Origin: Phoronis australis
Taxonomy: Eukaryota > Animalia > Phoronida
NCBI GenBank assembly: GCA_002633005.1
Contig: NMRA01000039.1
Coordinates: forward strand, 1,308,140 to 1,367,003
DNA: 58,864 nucleotides
Direction: 5' to 3'
Positions 1-11,170 of this stretch are shown here, one piece after another. The first letter of the stretch is position 1; every line of letters starts with the position of its first letter. The notes below the pieces were generated by a model. It did no database searches. It worked only from the letters and a program-made list of their open reading frames with translations, and was not told the origin of the DNA. The translations under genes and the position numbers were made by a program.

Positions 1-279
1 TCCATGGGAGCAGCCATATTGAAGTAACTAAGCACAACAATACAATCTGGCTCTCTGATTGGTCAATTCAATAGAAAAGCGCCATCAAGTGGCAGGAATG
101 TGCATCATATTTTGTGCAACAAAAACACCTTTTTTTAAAAAAATGTGCAAGTATAGACGTGGGAACTTTTTGGAATTTGATTTATGGGTATATTATCTAG
201 CCACATAGAAAAAACTAGGTTGCCCCCCCAAAGTACTCACAAGGGTGAACGCTATGAGATCTGGCCCACCGACTATTAT

Positions 280-890
280 TTGCTTATGGTTTTGCAGTTG
301 TTTGGATACAACAAGGTGTGGGCGATGCTGTCTCATTTATAAGTGAATTTAAACAACGATGCTTTGATATTGACATCCAGGATTGGAAAAACAATATTTT
401 TTCTCAATTTTTAGATGTTTATAAAACAGTTAAATGTAACTTTGTAGTAGAAAAATACGCAACATCTTTAGAAAATAGACTTCATAGAATAGCCCTTGCA
501 AGGTTTAGATGCTCCGCACATTCATTAATGATTATTCAGGGAAGGTTCAGTGGATTTGACAAAGACAGAATATGTCCCTGCTGTGACAGTGGGAAAGTGG
601 AAACGGAATTCCACTTCCTTCTCGAATACAATTTATATTCGGATTTACGAGTGCGGTTTTTACCAAGGTACGATAAGGTGGAAGATATAGTCTTCAGAAA
701 TTTTCTACAGACTCGTGACTTAAATGTTCTGAGAAAAGTTGCTAGATTTTTAATTAATGCGGAGAAACGCCGAAATGAATTCCTTGATATGAATTAATTT
801 AGATTTGAAAAATTATTGTACTCTCTTTGTGTTATATATTGTAATGTGGGCCGGAGGCCTGTTACATGAAATAAACCTACTTAATAATAA
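280..890 (+). mobile_element. 5'-truncated non-LTR retrotransposon 3' end (RTE-X-like ORF2 C-terminus) in a YME1L1 intron
   Basis: ORF 318-797 reads FKQRCFDIDIQDW...LARFRCSAHSLMIIQGR...RICPCC..GKVETEFHFLL, the Cys/His C-terminal motif of LINE ORF2. It is followed by AATAAA (~870) and an (AAT)n-like tail. Clade assignment is from recall. Confidence 0.75.
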
Positions 891-1344
891 AATAGAGGGA
901 TAGTTGAATTTGGTTATTAAGTAGAATAGATCTAGAACATCGACAAAATCTTGGAACGAGATTTGCAGCTGTATTGATTGTTAGTTTTATGTTTCGTAGT
1001 TTCATAATTTCCGTCATGTGTTCATTTTGCCAATTAACTGTGTGTAACAATTCTTTTATTTTACTGTTTGCCTCAGAGGAGAAGTTATGACTCTTGTCTT
1101 GAGAATGACCACTTGGGTTTTTAGTTATTCCTGAATGTTGTTCTGTTAAATCTTTTATAAAGAAAGAGGACAGTTAAACTTTGCCTATTTGCAATTTAAT
1201 GTACACTCCAAAATTGGACAAAATTCAAATTTTGTGTGAAATTTTTGCCAAAATGTAGTCAAATTTCAATTCTGATCGGGGGCAACAGTTGCCTATTTTA
1301 AATTCCTTGTTGTGTTTAACGTACGTTCCCCTGTGTCCTTCCAG

Positions 1345-1471
1345 ACATCTTTTGTCCCCGAGAAAGAAATTTATAACAAGAGCAAGTCTCAACTATTGGC
1401 TGACATGGATGTAGCCATGGGCGGACGTGTTGCCGAGGAGTTGATGTATGGCTCTGACAAAATTACCACAG
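1345..1471 (+). CDS. YME1L1: YME1L1 coding exon (peptidase M41 domain)
   Basis: ccag|ACA...ACA G|gtaaag. Translates TSFVPEKEIYNKSKSQLLADMDVAMGGRVAEELMYGSDKITT, containing the FtsH/YME1 MGGRVAEE motif. Confidence 0.95.
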
Positions 1472-1991
1472 GTAAAGTGACTGAGCTCCATCTTTTGTCT
1501 GTCTCTGAAAGAAACAACTGAAGGCTTGAATCAAAAGTTTTTGTCTTTCACTCCTGCTATGCTATACTAAATGGTGTTTTTGACTCAAGTCACTTTTCAC
1601 AAAATACCACCCAGGACCCGTGACTACCAAACTTCACCCGAGACTAGACCTGAAAATAGACGAATCACTTGTCACATTTCATGTAATTTTCAGGCGCGTG
1701 AATTTGTTTTGGTCAATTCTTGAGTCAAGTTTCGACTAAACATTGACTGTCACAGGCCAAGGAACCGAGATTTGACTGGAAAACTCCTCAATTTGAAGCT
1801 TTACTTGAAGGTAGCCTGGTGTCAATGTTCGAGTCAAAGTGAATGTCGGATTAAAGTTGACGTCACATTAGAGAGGTTCCCTGTGTCTATGAGGCGAGCC
1901 TATATTTTTTGCGAGTCCCTTGAGCTATAACTTTCTAAATTCAGCATTGCAGGTATCCATTAATTGCTGCTAACGTTCTGGGTTGTTTCAG

Positions 1992-2065
1992 GAGCGGGTG
2001 GTGACTTCCAGCAGGCGACGGCTATTGCTACTGCTATGGTGAAGAATTATGGGATGTCTGAGAAG
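1992..2065 (+). CDS. YME1L1: YME1L1 coding exon
   Basis: ttcag|GA...AAG|gtgagt, phase-compatible with the previous exon. Translates (G)AGGDFQQATAIATAMVKNYGMSEK, matching the GASSD...GMSEK region of YME1L. Confidence 0.95.
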
Positions 2066-2151
2066 GTGAGTGCTGGGCAGATGGAGAACAAAATTAATGC
2101 AGGTTGTACTGGGAACTAAATCTTACTGATGTGGTTCTTATTTGTGTGCTT

Positions 2152-2300
2152 TTGGATGAGTTGTGTTAAGCCAAACAAGCAAAATTGGTTCTGGTCTTTG
2201 ATGTGTCGTGTTAGGCCAAAAAAGTGAAATTGGTTCTGGTCTGTATCCATTTGGATGAGTTGTGTTAAGCCAAAAAAAACAAAATTGGTTCTGGTCTGTA
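2152..2300. repeat. short imperfect tandem repeat, ~3 copies of ~45-50 bp
   Basis: Recurring ttggatgagttgtgttaagccaaa...aaattggttctggtct within the intron. Confidence 0.75.
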
Positions 2301-2753
2301 CCTCGACTCATTTCCAGACCTGCGCTCATTGAATAAAATATTTCCGTCTGCATCAAATTCTGCATAGGCTGCTCAATTTTACGTAAGTTATGGCAGGCGA
2401 GGTTTGAAACGCTATGATTAGCCAAGTGATGATTAAAAAACAGATTCCGCATCAGTTTTGCTCAGAACCCTAACCAACTATGCTTTATTGACTTCAGGAG
2501 GTATTTCGTTTTTTTAAATTTTGATTGCCTACTGCTCTCATCATCAAAGACTAAGCGGTGGTGTTTGAAGAAATTCAAGATGTTGGTCTGATTAAATTTT
2601 CAGTGGTCATTTAGATTGCTTATTGTTTTCTGGAATTTCCTTTAATCTTGCCTCTTGTCTTTGAGACAGTGTGAATCATTGATACGTTCTATCTTCTTAT
2701 TGAGTCGTTTTCTCAGCATGATGATTTGACTGACCCTTATGTCTTTTGCATAG

Positions 2754-2873
2754 GTCGGTGTCCGCGTGTTCAATGGTGACCCTGTCGACAGTGGGCTGTC
2801 CATGGTCAAGGTCAATGAGGTTGGACCGTCAACTACTGAGCTGTTGGACAATGAAATCAAACGGTTGCTACAA
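2754..2873 (+). CDS. YME1L1: YME1L1 coding exon
   Basis: gcatag|GTC...CAA|gtgagt, 120 bp, phase 0. Translates VGVRVFNGDPVDSGLSMVKVNEVGPSTTELLDNEIKRLLQ. Confidence 0.92.
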
Positions 2874-3419
2874 GTGAGTTCCAGTAGAGCCCGAGACTTG
2901 TGACTGACATCAAAAACTTGCTCTTTGTCCTATTATGCATTGTTTCCCATATCTCAGTATTGTGTTTGGGCAAAGTGTTGGTAAGACAAATGGATGGTGT
3001 AAAAAGATGACTTCAATTTGTAAATACCATGCTGAACCATCGTCGGAAACCGTCTTGGTTCATGTTTTGGACTGTGGGAGGCGCTTTGTTTCCTTTCTTT
3101 AATATGGTGAGTTAGTTCTCCAAATAAGCTTAACACTCGACAGAATGAAGTTCATTCACGTTGATGGCTTCAACGTGAAGATTTACTATAACAGCAGTTA
3201 ATAGTTGCGGAAATCATAGGAAGAGCTGAAATTTAAGCAGCCAAATGAAGGTGGTATTTAGCCTCAATTTTTTACATCTAAACACTGTCAATATTTGGTG
3301 TTGTCCAGTTTTACCACAGTAGAAGTCATCACTCAGACACATTTTAACAAAATGTGCCCCAATAGTGAAATGACATCCTGTGAAATTTGACTTAAGACTT
3401 CTAACTTTGCTTACTACAG

Positions 3420-3566
3420 GAGTCGTATGATAGAGCTAAGGCTATCTTGAAGAATCATTCTGTGGAACACAAGGCCCTGGCCCAGGCGCTGATGCGCCAT
3501 GAAACTTTGGATGCACAGGAAATTAAAGCTGTTATTGAAGGAAAGATTACTGTCGAGAGTGTGTAG
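3420..3566 (+). CDS. YME1L1: YME1L1 last coding exon
   Basis: tacag|GAG. Translates ESYDRAKAILKNHSVEHKALAQALMRHETLDAQEIKAVIEGKITVESV*, the YME1L C-terminus. Candidate AATAAA signals at ~4134 and ~5622. Confidence 0.95.
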   Translation, partial: ESYDRAKAILKNHSVEHKALAQALMRHETLDAQEIKAVIEGKITVESV

Positions 3567-4231
3567 GAAACGAAAAAAAAGAATACGTCAATCAGGCTAT
3601 TGTGTCAACTGGCACATATTTTTCAATCTTTTTACAACATGGCCACTTATACTTGGTATATGCTATTAGGGACTTCATGGCACTGAATATGACATGTAAG
3701 TAGAAGTGATCTGATGTTTCTAATCTTGCCAATATAAGATGTGTCCGTTGATCGCTAAATACGCTGTGATTGGCTGTTATCCGACGTCTACCTACATGTC
3801 GTGTATCGTGGAACAAATGACTATGGCAGTTGCTTTCGTACAAAAATTTATCGTACAAGAGGTATGTTTTACAAAAAAGGAGTTTTTGTAATCAGGTCTA
3901 GACGTGTTTCTTGTGCAACTCATAATAGACAATTTCTGCCATTGTTGAACATGTTTAGAGAGACATTTTTCTAATCCAGCTTAGTCAAAAAGCTATGACT
4001 TGGTGTTTGTTGTACAATTTGTTTGTAAACTTGGGCTGTTTTGAGCACAATAGATGCTGTTTCAAGGTAAACATTTACAAAGATTTTTCAGGACTCTGTA
4101 CTGAGAATGATGAGTTGCTGCAAACAGATAAATAATAAACAGACACATGGCATCGTATCAGAACCTCCATTTTACTTTCCCGATAAGAGTACATCCTCCT
4201 TTTTGGTGCTTCAAAGTTTAATGGAAGCCAC

Positions 4232-4389
4232 CAGTGGCGGATTTAGAGGGGGGTCAAAGGGGTCATGCCCCCCCCCTAAAATTCTCCCAGTTCCATTTGG
4301 CAGTTCAGGGATGCAAAAGTCTGACAAGCAAAATCTTGGCTAATACTCTGCCCTGCCCCCCCTAGCTCAAAATCCTGGATCCGACCCTG
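4232..4389 (+). mobile_element. MITE family A (CAGTGGCGGAT...ATCCGCCCCTG ends, hAT-like, 5-bp TSD)
   Basis: Terminal inverted repeats with TSD gccac/gccac. Homologous copies at 11003, 32518 and 49360. Confidence 0.85.
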
Positions 4390-5230
4390 GCCACTGTTCT
4401 CTTGACTTGACAACTAGATCAGTAGAAGCTTGCCTACAAATTGGCATTTATTGTGCAGCTTGATTTAAAAGTCAACAGTTGTGAAGTTAACATGGTGGTA
4501 TTCAGAATACCATTCACATCTCCGTATTCTTGAAATATACATTCTGTTGCGTAAACGAGAAATGATGGTATTTATTTTTGATTTTTTAGCATTGTTCAAT
4601 GCATTCAGATTCAATGTCTAAATGTCTACTATTGACCAGTACCGAGACTTTGTGAGTTAAGAAATGGTTGGTTGTAATGCATTTAATTTTTTTAGTCCAT
4701 TGTGAGATTCGATATTCACTTTGTGGTGTTAATGAAGCGTTGATCCTCTTTTTGTTTGTTGAATAGCAACAGCATTGACAACATGGTGCATGCATTTATA
4801 CATGTCACCAGATGGTGATACTGTCTGGTCCGTGAGTCAGCTCGCCCAGAACTGCCAAACAACATATTGCGAAAATCATCATTTAGGGAATCTGCTCAAA
4901 AACAGTTTACAAGAATGGGAAGCTAAAGAGATGAAGCCTATTTATCAAAAGCAGAAATGGATTATGTTGAAAATTCTGAATATTGAGAGAATTTGATTAG
5001 ATCTAAGCCAGATAATTCAAAGTATTAGTCTGTTTGCAGCTGATACATTTGCTTCTTTAGCGCCACCTAGTGAATTTCAAGCTCACAATGGTGTCTGAAA
5101 TTTTACAGCTACAGTAGTGAAACAAGGAGACATGGAACACAATGTGGACCATTTTAGACAGTGAATCAGAATGTGTGATCAATACTCTTTAAACAAAACT
5201 GTTGTAAATGTCATGTAGTTACAATATCTT

Positions 5231-5504
5231 GGGGTCTGTTTCATGAAAAGTGACTCAAGACTAGATTCCTAAGTTTGACGTTACGCAACTCTTTCTGAAA
5301 AATTATTAAATCTCACTCGTGCAAAAGTCCAGTTTCTGAGAATATCCACATAGCTGTTAGTTAAAGAGATAATTTCTATTAATTATTTCTAGACTGTGAT
5401 GCGCTCGTAATTAATTGGATAAATCTTTTTGAGCAATTGTGAAGTGGGAGTGCAAGACCCAATATCTGTCTTAAGCGTTACGCCACTTTCACGATGCTGA
5501 CCAC
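5231..5504. mobile_element. degenerate Harbinger-like MITE
   Basis: Imperfect TIRs ggggtctgtttcatgaaa / tttcacgatgctgaccac. Confidence 0.4.
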
Positions 5505-5791
5505 AGATTTCCTTTCTAGAACATTCTGTTCGATGATAGTTATTGCAAAGTTATGTGTAATAAATTGTAAACTTGATCATTGTCTAATGGGTAGTTGATT
5601 TGTTGAAAGATGTTGTTTCACAATAAAATATTGTACTGAGGCAAATGTTTGTTGGTGAAAATTTTGTATTGAAATCTGTCAAGTGCAAAGAATCAGAAAA
5701 ACGTTTGATGGGATTTGACACGTGTTCACTTTTGTCTCGCAGAAATGTTAGAATCTAAATTGTCTATTCAGCTCACTATTGCCGATCTTGT

Positions 5792-5991
5792 TATAATTCT
5801 GAGTGTGTCTGGTTTTCACATTCTATAATTCTGAGTGTGTGTCTGGCTTTCACATTCTATAATTCTGAGTGTGTGTCTGGTTTTCACATTCTATAATTCT
5901 GAGTGTGTGTCTGGTTTTCACATTCTATAATTCTGAGTGTGTGTCTGGTTTTCACATTCTATAATTCTGAGTGTGTCTGGTTTTCACATTC
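5792..5991. repeat. minisatellite, 6 copies of a 32-34 bp unit
   Basis: Unit tataattctgagtgt(gt)gtctggttttcacattc; copies start at 5792, 5824, 5858, 5892, 5926 and 5960. Confidence 0.97.
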
Positions 5992-7426
5992 AACAAATTC
6001 CGTTGCATTTCATCATTTATTGTTTGCCTCTTCTATGTGGACAAATGATTGACAGTGAAGCAGACGTTTGGCAGATGCAAGGGGAGATAAAGACAAGAAA
6101 GAGTAGAAGACAAAAGTAATCGATAAAATGCCATTTTTCCGTCACGACAGCTAATCATGTTAGCAGCAACAATTTCTGGTAGTGGCAAATTTATAATTTA
6201 CCGAAAGGCTTAGACACCTTACTAACTTTCCAGTTTATTTCTCTTCATTCTGAGTCGTGAGGGAAAACCGCGCTGATGAATTTGGCTTCTACCCAACCTG
6301 AGCCACCATGACGATGATTTCCAAGTCATTTTGGTGTGTGCTTTTTCATTTGATCATGGATGACACAGGAGGGTAAACTACTGTAAATACTTCATTTTGG
6401 AATGCAATATTTTATATAACAGATGAGAAAATTTACATTTTGTCCTTTTCCTAAAAAAATGCATTTTATTTCATGGATATTCTGCTAAGCATGGTTTGTA
6501 TGAAGTAGCTGTCACCAACTAACATTTGGTCAAGTTTCGAGCATTACTAGCTATGGGCAAGACCAAGGAAAATAGAAAAATGTCAGTTTTGGGATTGAAG
6601 AATTTTTAATGCAATGATTTATGGACAAACCTCAAAGAAACAAAAAAATTCTGGATAAAAGTACACACTTAAGAGTCAGAGTGGGAGACTTAACCGTATC
6701 TAACACCTGAGGGACATAAGCTCCAAACAGTATTGCGTGTGTACGTCTAGAAAATCTAAACTAAAAACAATGAAGAAACTCCTCGCTTGGTGCGTTTTCC
6801 TCAGGCGGTACACTAGGACAATAAAACGGACCAAATGCGCTCAGCTCAGCTGTGGCGTGTTGTATATTAAGTAGTTAACAAAAATATTTTGTTTGGAGCG
6901 CTTGCAGGCAGAGCAGTTCACACAGGAAATGCCAACATTTCTAAAACGTGGGACGAAGAAATTGAATATTTGATAAGAGTCGTCACATTTACATTACGCG
7001 AGACCAGAAGGTTAATGAGAACCCAGGAAGCTAATAATTTATGGTAAAATACTTGCATTATGGTTCATCGTCAAAAAGGTAGTTGAAATGAGTAAACATC
7101 AACATACGGAGAATGTAATTTAGTCTTAAAGTGCATTTGACTGTTTCTTTTTCCTTATTGTTTCCATGACAACTGCCTTGTAACCTCTCAAAATTACATG
7201 AAAAACATAAACTGCATTTTGGAGTTCAAAATTTCGTTATAACTGGGATGAGCCCATTTTGTTTCGTGGTCGACCGTAGGTAACCATACAGCTGCAACAG
7301 ACATGTCATTGGAAAAGGCACCTTTCATGTCTTCGTGTGTTTGAATCTTTCACTTTTCTCCTTACATGAGGTTAGAAAATCACGACTTCCTAAAATCGCA
7401 TAGAGGTGGTGATGTACTAACATTAT

Positions 7427-7614
7427 GGCTAAAATTAATTGGTCGGTTTACACCAACCATTTGCCTAGTACTTTAATTGGCATGGCGTTTCAGCCGGTCA
7501 CGTCTTCTAAGCATGCTATAACACCTGAAGATGGTCGCAGAAACGACCGACTGAAACATCGTGCCAATGTAAGTAGGCTAGAAATTGGTGTAAACAGACC
7601 AAGAAATTTTAATC
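7427..7614 (+). mobile_element. Penelope-like pLTR relic: long inverted repeat with a decayed minimal hammerhead motif (7522-7563)
   Basis: Arms ~7427-7508 and ~7541-7614 are imperfect reverse complements. Core reads CAC-CTGAAGA-T-GGTCG...CGACT-GAAAC-ATC-GTG. Confidence 0.55.
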
Positions 7615-8745
7615 GTGGTATTACATAATCATATCAATCAAGAACAAAATCAATAACTAAAAGAGCGCATAATGCGTACCAAATTGAACAGTTTTTGCCA
7701 TTAGTATAAAGCCTTTCTTCTGAAAGGAAAAGTTAATGTCACTCAGTGAAAAAGGACAGGTATTTATACCAGATGTTTTTGGTTTTCGTTTCACTGGGAT
7801 CGAGTTTTAATGGTAAAAAGCTTGTCTATGTTGCGGCTTGAAGTGGCCTTAAAAATGTCACTGAACCTGGAACAAATATTGAAACATGAATAATTAAGTA
7901 CGGCAGGTTGGGTCAAAAATGTTGCCCTTGTTATTTAAAAATTTGATATGGTAACAGAATTACAATTTCACACAGAATTGAATAATCACTATTTCCTGAA
8001 AGCAAGGGTGTATATAATATAATATAATATAATAATTATTGATTTCTATAGAACTGCGTCTTTATTTTTCATTCCTAGCCATAACTATTCTTTAAACGCA
8101 TCACTTGCCTGCAAAATATGCAAGTTATTTGAGACAACTTCAAACTTTTGTTACCCATTTTCAAGCATTTTGGTTTTTGATACGTTCAGCAATTTTAAAC
8201 ACCGATTACAGATTCATTGGTATATCAAGCACGCTTCTGGTCTAAGGCTGAGGGAACCGTTTCTCAGATTTTTTTTATTTTTCTTCCAATAGAAGATATG
8301 AAGACTTAGGTTATTTTAAAAATGATGGATAATATTTCTGTTGTTTAAAAGTAATGAAAACCCCTAAGACTTGCGTATTGGCAGTAAGAATAATATGTTC
8401 AAATGCGACCTCACTCGTATGTTCACAGCAAAAATGCAGTTTTCACAAAAGTGGTGGTCACATGAATTTATAAACAACTTGCAACTTTTTAAGGCTTGAG
8501 TTAAGACTGTCCAGTCATTGAGAATTCAAAAAATGTAATATATTTTTATGGGTTTACAACGGATAGCAAAACAGTTTCATGAAACTTGAAAGAACTTCAT
8601 GAAGGTTAAGAATTATCTCACCATGCTCTTTCCCCGGACGCTATTACTTGTTATTTCCACACATTCAGTTGCACCAAATTTTACAACCCCAACCCCCTAT
8701 GCCAACCTCGCGCTAAGGACCTGAATAAGTAAACTAAACTGATAG

Positions 8746-9290
8746 TTGTTTTCAAACCTCTTTGGAAACTTTCCAAATTCCAATATGCTGAGTAAACTGA
8801 AGTCACCCATCCCTTTATTGAACAATAGCAATGTGGTTTATAAGGTTGATTGTGAAACCTGTAAGGAATTCTATATCGGCCTCACACAGAGACGCCTCTG
8901 TGACAGGCTGAGGGAACATCACACCTCAGAGAAAAGCAGCATATATAGGCATTGTGTTACCAACAGTCACCAAGCCAATTCAGTTAGTACTATGCTAATA
9001 AAGAATTACTGTACATTAAAAAGTCATTGGCCATTCAGAACCAGCATGCTACTGATTCTCTGAATAAAATGCAGAGCTCAGTGACCCTGCAACTATAATG
9101 ATCACCAGCTACTGACTTTTTTCCCTATAATTCTCACTTCCCTTTATGGATGTTACCTGAGCTGTATGTTGGCACTTGCTGTCCTTTGTAAATAATTATC
9201 CTGATAATGTCTAATGAATAGATGAAACGTTGATTGAACATGAACTTTTTTATATGTGTGGCGATCGTCCGGTTTTTAAATTGACCAAAC
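8746..9290 (+). mobile_element. Penelope-like element 3' fragment: frameshifted GIY-YIG endonuclease plus pLTR with decayed hammerhead (9198-9234)
   Basis: NSNVVYKVDCETCKEFYIGLTQRRLCDRLREH, then after a frameshift LLYIKKSLAI...SLNKMQSSVTLQL* (stop 9098). Downstream is ATC-CTGATAA-T-GTCTA-atgaa-TAGAT-GAAAC-GTT-GAT. Confidence 0.85.
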
Positions 9291-9301
9291 AACTTATATA
9301 C

Positions 9302-10500
9302 CTTTCTTTAAAAATAGCTGTCCATTTTCAAAGGCTTTGTTCTTTGTCTCCGATAAAGAAAGTAGGCTTTGACAACAGATCTGCACTGGGCAGGAAGATT
9401 TTACTGGTTGGCTGCAGTCAACTGCTCAAAATCAATTTTTGTTCATTCAGAGACGGTTGCAGAAGCGATGCAATTCTCCTCTGCACGGCACTAGCCCTCA
9501 AACCTAAAAACCAAAGGTCAGGTGAAAACATATTTCTAAGTCAACGTGTAATACATTTCCGGACGACATAGGATATGGAGTAAACAAATAGTCTAATGGA
9601 TATTTGTCACGTACCCTTTGGGCTTGGATTGTAGTCTTACCTCACTAACCAATATCCAGTTGACAACATAACCATTCAGCATTGATTGATGTAATTGTCA
9701 CTAATAAACCTGTTAGAAATCATTCCAAACATTAATAATCCTGCTTTGATGTATGAAAAGATCCCGAGTGCTACGTCAAGTATCGTAACACACATCACAA
9801 CAATGACTAACCCTACTGGCGACTGCCGCAAAGACGACATCGGCCAGTACCTCAGTTAACAGGCATCAGTATTGTAAACATGGAATAATCGTTAAAATAA
9901 TCACAAAGCTTATCTTTCTATAAAGTTATTCTCACTTCCTCTCGTAGAAGCTCCCTTTTCACGCAATCTCAGATTTAGTTGTCACGGCTGAAAGCCATTT
10001 CACCACGTATTAAAGGGCTCGCGAAATCGAGGCTGCTTAATCTATCACCGCTAGTACACGCGCGCCCTCTAGTAATGTAAAGATTGTCACACTGTCAGCA
10101 ACACGAATTACTGGATTGGATTCTTTTTCAAGGTGAACTTTTCATTTTTTAAAGTTTTATTTTACGAGTAAATACTGCAGATAAGATTTGGCCTATATCT
10201 CAGAAAACTGCATCTGGGCAACAGGTGAATATTGCACGAATACTTTATTATAGATTAATAATACACACGCATGCACGCGCACACACGCATGCACACACAC
10301 AAACTTACATGGGCAGCACATCATAGGGGGCTGGGGGCTATAACCCCTCTCTTATTTCAGTGCTGCGCCACCCATGGTCACATAGGTGGCGCACTGTAGG
10401 GGGCTGGGGACTATAGCCCCCCACTTTTTTCAGTACTGCGCCACCCATGACTTACTTACCTAAAAAATTACGCGAAAGTTACGTTAACACACTTGTTTTA
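9302..10500 (-). ncRNA. putative spliced non-coding (or 5'UTR) transcript; exons ~10500-10460, 9709-9641, 9503-9302
   Basis: Minus-strand splice signals AG|gtaagt (10460), tttctaacag|G (9709), GAG|gtaaga (9641), ggtttttag|G (9503) and AAAG|gtatat (9302). Stops occur in all frames of exons 2 and 3. Confidence 0.35.
10308..10449. mobile_element. MITE family B (CATGGGC...CCCATG), a dimer of ~69-bp units with 5-bp TSD
   Basis: TSD actta/actta. Internal cccatg-gtca-catagg junction. Second copy at 30996-31122 and a partial copy at ~29584-29623. Confidence 0.75.
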
Positions 10501-10800
10501 GACCCTAGGCCTCAGGAAGTTGGCGTGCGCTTGCTTACATCCGGTATACCGAGGTCGGAACTTAACCTGGTTGCCGGGCCTCACAAGCTGACGTCACGGA
10601 GTGCTTGTGAAGGCCTAGGTACAGGGCACTAGAACGATGGTTTTCATTGGCTGTCAGCTGGCAATTTTTAACCAGGAAGTTTGCTCTGCGCATGCTCACA
10701 TCCGGTATTACGTTATCAGGTCGCTAGGTGTCGCGAGAGTAAAAGTTAATTTGCGACTGGGTCGCGTTTGCGGTCGGGGGGAACTCTGGTGAGATAGCTG
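10500..10800. promoter_or_regulatory. CpG-rich housekeeping-type, possibly bidirectional promoter
   Basis: ETS-like CAGGAAGT x2 and ACATCCGG x2, CRE TGACGTCA (~10590), ATTGG (CCAAT), NRF1-like TGCGCATG and TCGCGAGA. Outward-facing splice donors at 10459 (-) and 10789 (+). Confidence 0.6.
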
Positions 10801-11002
10801 TTTATATATTGTGATATTACCAATAAACTGTTACAGTAGTATAATCATGTAATTATCGATTCCTTACTAGGAAAATAAACCTGAATTAACAATGGCTTCA
10901 CTCTTTTCACTTGGCATTTTTTCAGTTTCATTGTTTGAACGCTTTTTATGAATTGAAAACGTCCCGAAATCCTGGATCCTCCCCTGCTGTAAGATCTTAC
11001 AG

Positions 11003-11170
11003 CAGGGGATGATCCAGGATTTTGAGTTAGGGGGTAGGGGCAAGAGCAGAGTATTTTTCCCGTCAAACATTTGCACCCCCAAGCTACCAAATGGAATCTG
11101 GGAGAATTTTAGGCAGTGCCATGGCCCCCTTGCCACACCACACCCCCCCCCTTCCCCCTATCCGTCTCTG
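11003..11170 (-). mobile_element. MITE family A copy
   Basis: Reverse-complement homolog of 4232-4389 with TSD tacag/tacag. A second family-A-like end faces it at 10967-10986. Confidence 0.8.

Noticed and set aside
1-277. repeat fragment at the window start
   Set aside because: It looks repeat-like, but it is truncated by the window edge and has no diagnostic termini I can support.
5792-5991. CRISPR-like repeat or ORF 5937-6119
   Set aside because: Head-to-tail minisatellite without spacers; the ORF partly translates the repeat.
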